A DNA stretch of 64,000 nucleotides. Source: an uncultured Candidatus Woesearchaeota archaeon. GTDB lineage: Archaea; Nanobdellota; Nanobdellia; Woesearchaeales; DSVV01. The stretch lies in contig OY970338.1 of NCBI GenBank assembly GCA_963717515.1, forward strand, positions 1,595,593 through 1,659,592. Reading direction: 5' to 3'. Below the pieces are notes generated by a model that was given only the letters and a program-made list of their open reading frames with translations, was not told the DNA's origin and searched no databases. Numbering within the stretch: position 1 is the stretch's first letter; the number at the start of each line of letters is the position of its first letter. Made by a program: the position numbers and the translations under genes. This document shows, piece after piece, positions 18,838-28,381 of the stretch.

Positions 18838-20085
18838 ATGATGGATATTCTAAAGAAAATCCTCAAAAAGTCCAAGCCATCGCCAGAAGATTTGGAGAAG
18901 ATCAGGTCTGAGACAGGGAGATTTCTCAGGAGGCTCTCCCACAGCCTGGAGAAAAACAGGATTGATGCAGAGACAGTCCTCGGTGGTAGCAGCGCAAAAG
19001 GCACTGTCATCCGGGATGATTTCGACTACGACATCTTCGTGAGGTTCAGCCTCTCTTACAAGGGCATGGACATATCAGGCATCCTTGAGAAGGCATTGTC
19101 TGGTTTTGCCAATGTGGAGAGGGTGCACGGCTCAAGGGACTATTTCATGATGCATGAGAACAGCATAACTTTTGAGATAGTCCCTGTGTTGAGGATAGGG
19201 CATGCGAACGATGCAGAGAATGTCACTGATATGAGCCCGCTTCATGTGGAGTGGATTAAGAAAAAGCTCAATGCCAATCCGAAGCTTGCTGATGAGATAA
19301 TAATCGCCAAGCTGTTCTGCAAGGCCCAGGGTGTATACGGTGCAGAGAGCTATATAAGCGGGTTCTCAGGACATGTCCTCGACATCCTGACATCATATTA
19401 CGGCTCATTTGAGAGACTTCTTGAGAATGCAGCCTCATGGCAGAGATTCAAGGTCATAGACATCGAGGGATACAATTCCGGAAGCAGCATCAACAGGTCG
19501 AAGATCTCACCCCTGATAGTCATCGATCCTGTGGACAGGACCAGGAATGCTGCTGCGGCTCTCTCCATGGAGAAGTTCGAGCTCTTCAGGAAAGCCTCCC
19601 GGGAATTCCTGAAAAATCCTTCCATTAAATATTTTGAAAAGAAAAGAGTCACACCAGCCATGCTAAAGGGACAGGCTGCAAAGGAAAGGCTCATCATGCT
19701 GAGGGCATGGCCCCTGCCGGGCAAGACAGATATTGCAGGCGGAAAGCTCCTAAAGGCCTATAATCATGTCCTTGGGCAGCTGGTGAACAATGATTTCACT
19801 TTACTTAGCTCTGGCTGGGACTGGGACGGAAAAGGCCCTGCACTCCTATGGTACATCCTCAACAACAAAACCCTCACTGCAAAAAAGCTGCATATCGGGC
19901 CTCCCATATCAGAAAAAGAGCCATCTGATGCATTCAGGATGAAGCACAAGAACTCATTTGCAAAGGAAGGGAGGCTTCATGCCATGCTGAAGAGGCAGTT
20001 CCGAAAGCCTGAAGAGCTTGCAGCCGAACTTCTAAAAAAGGATTTCTTAAAGGAAAGGGTCAGCAGGATAGAACTGCTGGAATGA
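18838..20085 (+). CDS. cca: tRNA CCA-adding enzyme, archaeal class I
   Basis: LGGSSAKGTVIRDDFDYDIFV (GS...D.D nucleotidyltransferase), a length of about 415 aa, and the overall archaeal CCA layout. Start moved to MMDILKK. Confidence 0.75.
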   Translation: MMDILKKILKKSKPSPEDLEKIRSETGRFLRRLSHSLEKNRIDAETVLGGSSAKGTVIRDDFDYDIFVRFSLSYKGMDISGILEKALSGFANVERVHGSRDYFMMHENSITFEIVPVLRIGHANDAENVTDMSPLHVEWIKKKLNANPKLADEIIIAKLFCKAQGVYGAESYISGFSGHVLDILTSYYGSFERLLENAASWQRFKVIDIEGYNSGSSINRSKISPLIVIDPVDRTRNAAAALSMEKFELFRKASREFLKNPSIKYFEKKRVTPAMLKGQAAKERLIMLRAWPLPGKTDIAGGKLLKAYNHVLGQLVNNDFTLLSSGWDWDGKGPALLWYILNNKTLTAKKLHIGPPISEKEPSDAFRMKHKNSFAKEGRLHAMLKRQFRKPEELAAELLKKDFLKERVSRIELLE

Positions 20086-20141
20086 GCCCTGTCCCATGAA
20101 AATCCAAAAATATTAAAAGGCGCTCGGCGTCTCCGATCCAT

Positions 20142-20621
20142 ATGGTCGGAAATATCATCAAGCTTGCTCTGCTGACGTTTGTTCCTCTCCTGGAGCTTAG
20201 GGCAAGCATCCCATATGGCATACTCGTGCTCAAGGAGAACTGGATAACTGTCTATATAGTATGCGTCATCTCAAACATCATCCTCGGGCTCCTGGCATAC
20301 CTGCTGATAGATCATGCAATAAAGCTCGCGACAAAGATACCCTTGCTCAGCAGGCTTTACAGCTATTACCTGGTCAGGACCCAGAAGAGCATAGAGAGAT
20401 ATGTCGAGAGATACGGGGAGCTGGGTGTGGCTGTCTTCATCGGAATCCCGCTTCCGATGTCAGGGGTATACTCAGGCTCGCTTGCTGCATACATCATAGG
20501 GCTGAAATACAAAAAATTTATATTGGCTGACATAATAGGGGTCCTTATAGCAGGAACTATTGTAACTATAGTCGTGCTGAGCGGGAGCAGTGCGCTCGGG
20601 CTTTTCATGAAGAGAATATGA
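20142..20621 (+). CDS. Small integral membrane protein (COG2426-like)
   Basis: Four predicted TM helices. Its stop overlaps the PAP2 gene start. Confidence 0.4.
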   Translation: MVGNIIKLALLTFVPLLELRASIPYGILVLKENWITVYIVCVISNIILGLLAYLLIDHAIKLATKIPLLSRLYSYYLVRTQKSIERYVERYGELGVAVFIGIPLPMSGVYSGSLAAYIIGLKYKKFILADIIGVLIAGTIVTIVVLSGSSALGLFMKRI

Positions 20622-21190
20622 GACTCTCAATCGAGCAGAAAAAGACCATCGTGATTATAGTATTCGGGTTTCTTCTCCTTCTCGTAAGCTTTCCCCTTGA
20701 CAGTCTCGTGCTCGCCTATTTCCAGGGTATCACAAGCCCTGCGCTTGATTACATATTCAGCTGGATGAGCTATGTCCTGTCCCTTGTCATAATCCTTCTG
20801 GTGATGACCTCGCTGTTCATGTGGGAGGAGAACAAGAAGGACTGGATAATCCCGCTTTGGTTCTCATGTTTCTTTACACTGATTGTCGTATATATAATAA
20901 AATTCATCGTCGCAAGGGAAAGACCGCAGGAGGTAATCTACCTGTTCAGCTGGAAGGATTACTCATTTCCCAGCGCTCACGCAGCATTCTCATTTGCAGC
21001 AGTGCCGATTCTTGACAGGGAATATCCCATGCTGAAGTGGTTCTGGATAGTATTTGCAGTGTTCGTGGTCATAAGCAGGCTCTATCTCCAGGTCCATTTC
21101 CTGAGTGATGTGATTGCAGGGGCGTTGATAGGCTACTGTATCGGCAAGGCTGTCATCTACCTCAAGACCAAGTACAGCATATTCGGCTGA
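20618..21190 (+). CDS. PAP2-family (type 2 phosphatidic acid / polyprenyl-diphosphate) phosphatase
   Basis: PAP2 motifs KFIVARERP, SFPSAHA and SRLYLQVHFLSDV. Confidence 0.7.
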   Translation: MRLSIEQKKTIVIIVFGFLLLLVSFPLDSLVLAYFQGITSPALDYIFSWMSYVLSLVIILLVMTSLFMWEENKKDWIIPLWFSCFFTLIVVYIIKFIVARERPQEVIYLFSWKDYSFPSAHAAFSFAAVPILDREYPMLKWFWIVFAVFVVISRLYLQVHFLSDVIAGALIGYCIGKAVIYLKTKYSIFG

Positions 21191-21192
21191 AA

Positions 21193-21801
21193 ATGATGAC
21201 ACTTCGCCTTGAATCCAGGAGGAAACTTTTCCATATTGCGAGCGGGGCCTTCTCGATAATCGCTCTCAGGTACCTGGGACTGAACATCATACATATATCG
21301 CTCATCCTGATAATCGGCATCGGGCTCTCGTCTCTCTCAAGGTCATACAGGCTTCCGATTCTCGGATGGTTCCTGGACCGCTTCGACAGGCCGGACGAAA
21401 AGGTTCCTGGAAGGGGTGCCATCACATATCTTTTAGGCATCTTCATGCTCCTAATTATATTCGGAAAGTCCGACATCACTTACGCATCTATAACCATCCT
21501 TGCGCTGGGCGATTCAGTGTCATCGTTGGTCGGCATGAGGCTGGAGAGATCAAGCAGCCTGAGGAAGACAAGGCATCCCTTGTCCGAAAGGAAGCTCCTT
21601 GAAGGGACCCTGTTCGGATTTGCCGCTGCCAGCCTCGGGGCGATGCTCTTTGTTTCCATTTCTGGTGCTGTTGTCGCATCTGCTATAGCGATGACAGTCG
21701 AAGCGATAGAATTCAGGGTGTGGAAGCACCCGGTGGATGACAATGTCCTGGTCCCGCTTTCCGCAGGCCTGGCATTGTTCCTTTTCCGGATGCTTGTATG
21801 A
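21193..21801 (+). CDS. Dolichol kinase / CdsA-like CTP-dependent polyprenol kinase family membrane protein
   Basis: Multi-TM protein with LALGDSVSSLVG (GD..A..G-like) and EGTLFGF blocks typical of the DolK/VTE5/CdsA superfamily. Confidence 0.5.
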   Translation: MMTLRLESRRKLFHIASGAFSIIALRYLGLNIIHISLILIIGIGLSSLSRSYRLPILGWFLDRFDRPDEKVPGRGAITYLLGIFMLLIIFGKSDITYASITILALGDSVSSLVGMRLERSSSLRKTRHPLSERKLLEGTLFGFAAASLGAMLFVSISGAVVASAIAMTVEAIEFRVWKHPVDDNVLVPLSAGLALFLFRMLV

Positions 21802-22059
21802 TATCTGCACCTATTTGGTGGGGAGTAAAAGGAAAAGAGGTGATGTGAAGAAAACCTTTTACCAATTTACCGTTCACCTCAGATGCAGAAATTAAACTGA
21901 GTTTTCCTAAAAACACCCCGTCAATGGCGGATGGTCTTTAGATTTATAAACATTGTGCTTTCTATTAAATCTTTGCTTAAACTATGCAATCTCTTCTTTA
22001 ATCACCGTCTGAAATGGCTGTCAGGCACTTAATGGCAATCTTTATAAATTCCGGCTGAT

Positions 22060-23109
22060 TTGAAGTATGGGAAAATGGAAACAGGCAACCCGATGAAAGA
22101 GATATTCAAGAGCCATGATGACATATTCACAGACATAATCGGCCAGGCAAGGGCAAAGAATGACCTCAAGTCAGCCTTTATCATGAACAGGCATGTCGTA
22201 ATATTCGGCCCTCCCGGGATAGGGAAGACCACGCTTGCAAAGAACGTATCGAGGCTCCTTCCAGAGATGGCTGTGAACGACTGCGGTTTCAATTGTCTTG
22301 CAGGAAAGCCGGTCTGTCCTGCGTGCAGGAAAGGAAATACAAAAGGCACAAGGAAGGCTTCGGGCAGCGAGAGGTTTGTCCGGGTACAGGGAAGCCCGGA
22401 CCTCACGAGCGAGGACCTTCTCGGTGACATCGATCCTGTCAAGGCGCTTCAGTACGGCTCATTGAGCCTTGAGGCATTCACTCCCGGAAAGATATTCAGG
22501 GCGAATAACGGTGTCCTATTCTTCGATGAGCTCAACAGGTGCCCGGAAAAGCTGCAGAATGCCCTTCTCCAGGTGCTCGAGGAGAGGAAGGCGACGATTG
22601 GGAGTTATGACATCGACATCAATGCCGATTTCCTTTTCATCGCGACCATGAACCCCCAAGACACGAACACTGAGAAGCTTTCAGACGTGCTTCTTGACAG
22701 GTTCGACGTGATATACATGGATTACCCGGAGACTGCCGCAACAGAGTGTGAGATAGTGAAAAAGAAGGGCGATAGAATAGTTGAGATGCCCCAATCCCTT
22801 CTTGATTTCATAATCAAGTTCATCAGGCGCCTGAGGTCGGATGACAGGCTTGAGAAAGTCCCGAGCGTCAGGGCAGGCATCGGCCTCTATGAGCGGGCTC
22901 AGGCCAATGCATATATCTCCGGCAGGAAGGCTGTCGTTTTTGAAGACATCCGCCTAGCTGTCAAATCAGTCCTTGCCCACAGGATAAGGCTCAAGCCCAG
23001 CCTGAAATATGTCGAGGATGCAGATGCTTACCTGATGAAAGAATTCGAAATGTTTGCAGAAGAGCATGCCCCGGAAGGCTCTACAGACAGGAAAGGTGGT
23101 GACGGGTGA
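22060..23109 (+). CDS. ChlI/BchI-like (MoxR-class) AAA+ ATPase with inserted zinc ribbon
   Basis: Walker A GPPGIGKTT, Cys4 insert CGFNCLAGKPVCPAC, Walker B LFFDELNR, and sensor regions ATMNP and LDRF. Confidence 0.75.
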   Translation: MKYGKMETGNPMKEIFKSHDDIFTDIIGQARAKNDLKSAFIMNRHVVIFGPPGIGKTTLAKNVSRLLPEMAVNDCGFNCLAGKPVCPACRKGNTKGTRKASGSERFVRVQGSPDLTSEDLLGDIDPVKALQYGSLSLEAFTPGKIFRANNGVLFFDELNRCPEKLQNALLQVLEERKATIGSYDIDINADFLFIATMNPQDTNTEKLSDVLLDRFDVIYMDYPETAATECEIVKKKGDRIVEMPQSLLDFIIKFIRRLRSDDRLEKVPSVRAGIGLYERAQANAYISGRKAVVFEDIRLAVKSVLAHRIRLKPSLKYVEDADAYLMKEFEMFAEEHAPEGSTDRKGGDG

Positions 23110-24304
23110 CAGTCATGAGAGCGAGACCAAAAAGCCCGGCAGGACGCCCGGCCTTGAAAAGGAAACTGAAAAGCTGGAATTCAGCAAGGTAGGGGAGAAG
23201 CTCCTCAATTCTGTCATCGAGCAGGAAAAGGAGGTCCTCGACGACGGCAGGCTGCTGGGTGATGCTCTTGACAATTCAATATACTCTTTTGTGCCTGACA
23301 TGATGTTTGAGCAGATGGCAAAGGACTATGCCATGGCAAAGAAGATATACGGCGAGAAGATTCTGCGCGAGGTATCAGGCTATGATGAGGATTACCTTGA
23401 GAACAATATCAGGCTACCGGAATTCAGAAGAGAGCTCAGGAAGAGCATCGAGAAGAGGCTCGGAAGGCTCAAGAAAGATAAGCTTCTCGACAAAAAATTC
23501 TCTATAACTGAAAAAGGGCTCGAGCTTGCATCCCTAGTCATGTACACAGACGAGCTCGACAGGATTGCTCCCAAGGGGTTAAATGGAAAAAAAGTGCACA
23601 GGAGGCTGTCTGTCCATGGTGACAGGCAGGACATAAAGAATTATGCCAGGGGTGACCGGTACAGGGACATCTCAGTGCATAAGACAGTAAAGACTGCAGT
23701 AAGGAGAGGACACAGCGAGCCCGTGCCCTCGGACATCAGGGTATTCCACAGGAACTCCAAAGGTGAGATAAGCATAATTTTCGCCCTTGACGCGTCAGGG
23801 AGCATGAAAGGCGACAAGCTGTCAAGCTGCAAGAAGGCAGGGATCGCCCTCTGCTACAAGGCGATCGAGGAGAAAGACATGGCAGGTCTAATCGTGTTCG
23901 GAAAGGACATCCATAATAGAGTGCTTCCGACAAGGGATTTCACCCGCCTCTTAAAAGAGATTGCCTCAATAAGGGCTGCTTCTGAGACAGACATTTCCAA
24001 GACTATCAGGGAGGCTGTGGATATGTTTCCGGATAGCGACTCGACAAGGCACCTTGTCCTTATCACTGATGCCATGCCTACAGCAGGCCGGGAGCCTGAG
24101 AAGAAGACGATCGAGGCTGCATCGCTTGCGAGGGCAAACGGCATCACCATATCTCTCGTCGGCATTAAGCTATCTGAAAAAGCCAAGGGCCTTGCAGAGA
24201 AGATTGTCCAGGTGGGCATGGGCAGGCTGCACATAGCAAAGGACACAGAGAACATCGACTGGATAGTGCTTGAGGACTATTATGCGGCAAAGGAGATATA
24301 CTAG
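23066..24304 (+). CDS. vWA-domain protein (ChlD C-terminal-like) partner of the AAA+ ATPase
   Basis: MIDAS motif IIFALDASGSM..G in the C-terminal half (VLITDAMPT). The N-terminal 240 aa are linker-like. The ORF overlaps the AAA gene end in a different frame (start uncertain). Confidence 0.65.
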   Translation: MPRKALQTGKVVTGDSHESETKKPGRTPGLEKETEKLEFSKVGEKLLNSVIEQEKEVLDDGRLLGDALDNSIYSFVPDMMFEQMAKDYAMAKKIYGEKILREVSGYDEDYLENNIRLPEFRRELRKSIEKRLGRLKKDKLLDKKFSITEKGLELASLVMYTDELDRIAPKGLNGKKVHRRLSVHGDRQDIKNYARGDRYRDISVHKTVKTAVRRGHSEPVPSDIRVFHRNSKGEISIIFALDASGSMKGDKLSSCKKAGIALCYKAIEEKDMAGLIVFGKDIHNRVLPTRDFTRLLKEIASIRAASETDISKTIREAVDMFPDSDSTRHLVLITDAMPTAGREPEKKTIEAASLARANGITISLVGIKLSEKAKGLAEKIVQVGMGRLHIAKDTENIDWIVLEDYYAAKEIY

Positions 24305-24340
24305 GAAAAATATAAATAGCATGCTAGATTCTCATATGCC

Positions 24341-25009
24341 ATGAAAACTCTGTTCATCGAAGCGAGATACAAGAACAATATATCCCTGCCTGCCAGGGCA
24401 ATGAAGAAGCTCCCTAAAGTGATCGCCCTCTTCATGACTGTCCAGTTCATCGATTCGCTGGATGGCATCAAGGCACAGCTCGAAAAAGCAGGAATCAAGG
24501 TGAAACTATTCAGGTCAGGGCATGCCAGGCACAAAGGCCAGCTGCTCGGTTGCAGCATTCAGAAATTTGCCGGTGTTGACGGATTCCTTTACATAGGGGA
24601 CGGCATGTTCCATCCATTGGCTCTTGCATTGAAAAATGAGCTTCCGGTTTTCATGTACAGCCCATTCACTAAGAGATTCACTAGGTTGGGGGATGATGTC
24701 GTTGCAAGATACAAAAAGAGGAAGGATGCAGGCCTGAAGAGGTTCCTGATGTCAGACACTGTCGGCATTCTTGTTTCGACAAAACCAGGCCAGAGCATGC
24801 TGAGCCAGGCAATCGCCCTGAGAACTCGGCTCAAGAAAAAATCATATATTCTCATCTCCGGTGAGATCGATTTCCAGTCGCTTGAGAACTTCCCGTTCAT
24901 AGAATGCTTCATCAACACAGCCTGCCAGAGGATAGGGCATGACGATGCATTGAGGCTGCCGAAGCCTGTGGTCAATCTGGATGATGTCATCTCTTCAGGG
25001 GCAGTGTGA
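24341..25009 (+). CDS. Dph2-like protein lacking the N-terminal domain (2-(3-amino-3-carboxypropyl)histidine synthase family)
   Basis: GQLLGCSIQ, FLYIGDGMFHPLALA and LENFPFIECFINTACQRIGHDD align to domains 2-3 of archaeal Dph2. Only 222 aa with its own TATA-like box upstream. Confidence 0.55.
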   Translation: MKTLFIEARYKNNISLPARAMKKLPKVIALFMTVQFIDSLDGIKAQLEKAGIKVKLFRSGHARHKGQLLGCSIQKFAGVDGFLYIGDGMFHPLALALKNELPVFMYSPFTKRFTRLGDDVVARYKKRKDAGLKRFLMSDTVGILVSTKPGQSMLSQAIALRTRLKKKSYILISGEIDFQSLENFPFIECFINTACQRIGHDDALRLPKPVVNLDDVISSGAV

Positions 25010-28000
25010 ACAGGAATTCGCTTCCTTTGCCTGGTTCTGACTTTACCCTTATCCTTCCCTTGTGGGCATCCACTATGTGCTTGACTATGACTAATCCTAG
25101 GCCAGTCCCTCCCTGCTTCCTTGTCATTGATGAGTCTACCTGGTAGAACTTGTCGAAGAGCATCGGTATGAGTTCTTTTGGCACCCCTTCCCCATTATCC
25201 TTAATAGAGACCTCAACCTCCTGTCCTTTCCTCTTCAACATCACGTCAATCCTGCCTCCCCTGTGGGTGAATTTCAATGCATTGTTGAGCAGGTTGAGAA
25301 ATACCTGCTTGACCAAATCCCGGCTTGCACTGAATCTTGGGAGCCTCCCGACCTTGTGAATCTCTATTGAAATATTCTTATCAGCAGCGGAATTCCCCAG
25401 TGTCCTCAATGAGCTTTCAGCAATCTCCACGATGTCTATATCCTCAATTTTGAACTTTATCTTGCCTGACTCGAGCTTTGAGAGGTCGAGGATATTATTG
25501 ATTAGCCTTGTGAGCCTCTCACCTTCCTCTGCTATGATATTGAGGCAGTTGGCCTGTTTTTCATTGACCTTTCCAAGCTTGTCCATGAGCATCAGCTTGG
25601 TATAGCCTGTTATGCTCGTGAGCGGGGTCCTGAGCTCGTGGCTGACATTCGATACGAAATCGCTCTTGAGCTGATCCATCTTTCTCAGCTCAATGTTCTT
25701 GTCCCTGAGCTCCTTTGTCGCAAGCTCAATCTCGTTCTTGAGCCTCTGGTTGAAGTTGCTTATCTCATCATACAGCCCTGCGTTCTCTATAGCTATCGCT
25801 ATCTGGTTCGTCAGGATATTGAGGGTCTTCTCAACACGCTTGAAATTATTACGCCTCTTGCTCTCAAGGTCCAGGACTCCGATGACCTTGTTCTGGGTTA
25901 TCAGCGGGATTGCTGCCTCTGACCTGGTATCAGGGAACACCATTATGTAACGGCTGTCTTTTGAGACGTCATTTACAATGACAGGCTTTCCAGTCTTCGC
26001 GACATGACCGGGTATGCCCTCTCCTATCTTGAGCCTTATCTTCTCTGCTCTCTCCCTGTCAAATCCCTTTGAAAGCTTAACATTCAAGTACTCATCCTTG
26101 ATGAGCATGAGAAATCCGCAGTCAGCATTCGTGAACTCGACTGCTTTGTTGAGAATAAGCTCCTGGAGCCTTTCCCTGTCGAGAGTGGAATTTATCTCCT
26201 GGCTGGTATCGACGAGCTTTGTAAGGTTTCTCTTGTCCTCATTGATCGTGCTGTACAGTTTTGAATTCTCTATCATCACCGCAGCCTGGCTGCTCAGGCT
26301 CTTGAGAAGGTCGATGTCCTCTAAAGAGAATATCCTCTTGTTTTTCGTATAGATATTGATAAGCCCCACAGGGCTGTTCTCGAATATCATGGGGATGCTC
26401 TGCATCGATATGATGCCTGCCTTCTTTATGTAGCTTCTAGTCAAAAAAGCCCTTTCCTTCGAGAGGTCGCTGATGTACCTGGGAGCAAGCTCTGAAATCA
26501 CCTTGCCGCCTGTATCCTTATACAATTTTTCTACCGCCTCAAAAGGGTATTCGCCTTTGATGTCATACACAGTCTTCGGGATGAGCCTTGTCCTGGTCTC
26601 GTCAAGCAGCCTGATTGAGCACATGTCTGCCTTGAGAAGCTTAACAATCTTTATCACTATCAGGTTTAGTATCTTGTCCAGGTCAAGAGTGCCGCTGATT
26701 GCGCTAGAGATGTCATATAGGGCTGTAAGGGTATGGAGCTTTGTCCTTATCTCCTTGTAGAGTAGAGCATTCTCAATAGCCACTGCAATCTGGTTTGCAA
26801 ATGTCATCAATAGGTTGAGGTCATCCTTATGTATGGGCTCTTTTGAGAACTTGTTGTCGATGCTTATGATTCCAATGACCTTCTCCTGTGAAAGGAGGGG
26901 AAGGCTTGCTGTATGCCTTAATCCGTACTTCTTCTCTGCATCAGGATAATCCCCAAGCAGGTCAGCGAGAATGACAGGCTCTCTCTTCCTTATGGCTTCG
27001 TATGTCTTTGGGAATTCAGGGCTGGCCTTGATTATCTTGTTCCTGAATTTGCTGTCATCTACATAACTTGCCTTCATCCCCCTCATCAGGCCGTTCTCCA
27101 TGAGATAGAACCTTACCCTGTCATATCCCAGTGACAGGAAGGATTTTATCGCGATATTCACTATCGAGTCGATATCCATGGTAAGCTGGAGGCTTGTAGA
27201 TGTCTCAAAGAGCGAGAGGATGCTGGTGTTCATATCCTTGAGTTCCCTCTCTGCTTTTCTCCTGTTGCTGATGTCTTCAACGATCGCCTGGACACCCATT
27301 ATGCTGCCGTCTGCTCCGATCCTCGGCTGGAGATGGTAGCGGAGAAAGACCTTTCTGCCCCATCTTGACGTATACTCCTGCTCTGACACATTAGGCTTTC
27401 CAGAAACAAGGCATTGCCCAAAATTTGCAGAGATGCCTGACTCTATCATCGGCTTGTATTTCAGGACATTGATCCTCATCGTCGCAGTCTTTGAAGGTGA
27501 GCCGAGTATCTCAAGCAGAGAGTTGTTGATGTCGATTATCTTCCCTTCTGTATCGATCGACAATATCCCAAGGGGGGCGTTGTCTATAAGGCTCCTGAAT
27601 TTGCCCTCGCTTTCCCTCAGTTTCTCTTCAGCAATCTTCCTGAGGGTGATATCCCTTGAGATGTGAAGGATGTAGGCAACTTTTCCATTGCTGTCCCTGA
27701 TAGGCGATGTCGTGATAGAATAATGGACATTCCCGCCATTCAGCTGGTGCAGGTGCTCAACTCTCCTGGTTTTGCCCGACTTGATACTGTCGACAAGCGG
27801 GCATTCTCTGCAGATGCTCCTGCTCTTGTGCATGACTGAATGACAGCTGTGCCCTATAACATCATCTTTCTTCAGGTGATGATTCTGCAGAAAGACCTTG
27901 TTTGCCAACATTATCTTCTTGCCTTTAGGGTCAAGCATCAGCATCTCATCCGGCATGAGGTCCATCAGGTCCTGGTCAAAGGCGCAATCGAGTATCTTGT

Positions 28001-28010
28001 CATTCTTCAT
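24987..28010 (-). CDS. Multi-sensor histidine kinase (PAS/GAF arrays, HisKA, HATPase_c)
   Basis: 1007 aa. N-terminal PAS with a Cys/His cluster (GHSCHSVMHKSRSICRECP), further PAS/GAF modules, H-box SHELRTPL, and ATPase blocks NALKFT, DNGEGV, GTGLGL. Confidence 0.85.
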   Translation of the reverse strand: MKNDKILDCAFDQDLMDLMPDEMLMLDPKGKKIMLANKVFLQNHHLKKDDVIGHSCHSVMHKSRSICRECPLVDSIKSGKTRRVEHLHQLNGGNVHYSITTSPIRDSNGKVAYILHISRDITLRKIAEEKLRESEGKFRSLIDNAPLGILSIDTEGKIIDINNSLLEILGSPSKTATMRINVLKYKPMIESGISANFGQCLVSGKPNVSEQEYTSRWGRKVFLRYHLQPRIGADGSIMGVQAIVEDISNRRKAERELKDMNTSILSLFETSTSLQLTMDIDSIVNIAIKSFLSLGYDRVRFYLMENGLMRGMKASYVDDSKFRNKIIKASPEFPKTYEAIRKREPVILADLLGDYPDAEKKYGLRHTASLPLLSQEKVIGIISIDNKFSKEPIHKDDLNLLMTFANQIAVAIENALLYKEIRTKLHTLTALYDISSAISGTLDLDKILNLIVIKIVKLLKADMCSIRLLDETRTRLIPKTVYDIKGEYPFEAVEKLYKDTGGKVISELAPRYISDLSKERAFLTRSYIKKAGIISMQSIPMIFENSPVGLINIYTKNKRIFSLEDIDLLKSLSSQAAVMIENSKLYSTINEDKRNLTKLVDTSQEINSTLDRERLQELILNKAVEFTNADCGFLMLIKDEYLNVKLSKGFDRERAEKIRLKIGEGIPGHVAKTGKPVIVNDVSKDSRYIMVFPDTRSEAAIPLITQNKVIGVLDLESKRRNNFKRVEKTLNILTNQIAIAIENAGLYDEISNFNQRLKNEIELATKELRDKNIELRKMDQLKSDFVSNVSHELRTPLTSITGYTKLMLMDKLGKVNEKQANCLNIIAEEGERLTRLINNILDLSKLESGKIKFKIEDIDIVEIAESSLRTLGNSAADKNISIEIHKVGRLPRFSASRDLVKQVFLNLLNNALKFTHRGGRIDVMLKRKGQEVEVSIKDNGEGVPKELIPMLFDKFYQVDSSMTRKQGGTGLGLVIVKHIVDAHKGRIRVKSEPGKGSEFLFTLPLKR

Positions 28011-28381
28011 GTTTGTCCGATCAGCTCCTCTATCTTCTTTTCAAATGCAGCAGGGTCAAAGGGTTTCGTGAAATAATATTCAGCGCCCAGCTGCAGGCCC
28101 TTGATGATGTCTTTTTCCTGTGCCTTTGCTGAAAGCATTGCAATCTTGATGTCCCTGGTTTTCGGGTCGCTCTTGAGCCTTTCGCAGATCTCGAAACCAT
28201 TTATGCCGGGCATCATCACATCAAGGAGCACAAGGCTCGGCTTATTATTCTGAAGGATCTCGAGAGCCTCCTTTCCGTCCTCCGCTGTGATGATCTTGTA
28301 TTTGTCCTCAAGGATAATGCGGACGAGCTCAATTATGTGCGGCTCATCATCAGCCACAAGAATCAGCCTCTTATTCTTCAT
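28007..28381 (-). CDS. Response regulator, receiver domain only (CheY-like)
   Basis: LILVADDEPH, D in LLDVMMPG and K in MLSAK. Start moved to MKNKRL. Confidence 0.8.
   Translation of the reverse strand: MKNKRLILVADDEPHIIELVRIILEDKYKIITAEDGKEALEILQNNKPSLVLLDVMMPGINGFEICERLKSDPKTRDIKIAMLSAKAQEKDIIKGLQLGAEYYFTKPFDPAAFEKKIEELIGQT

Noticed and set aside
23054-23109. Programmed frameshift joining the AAA+ and vWA genes
   Set aside because: I did not see a slippery heptamer or homopolymer in the overlap, so I kept it as two genes with an uncertain start and flagged it for read-level checking instead.
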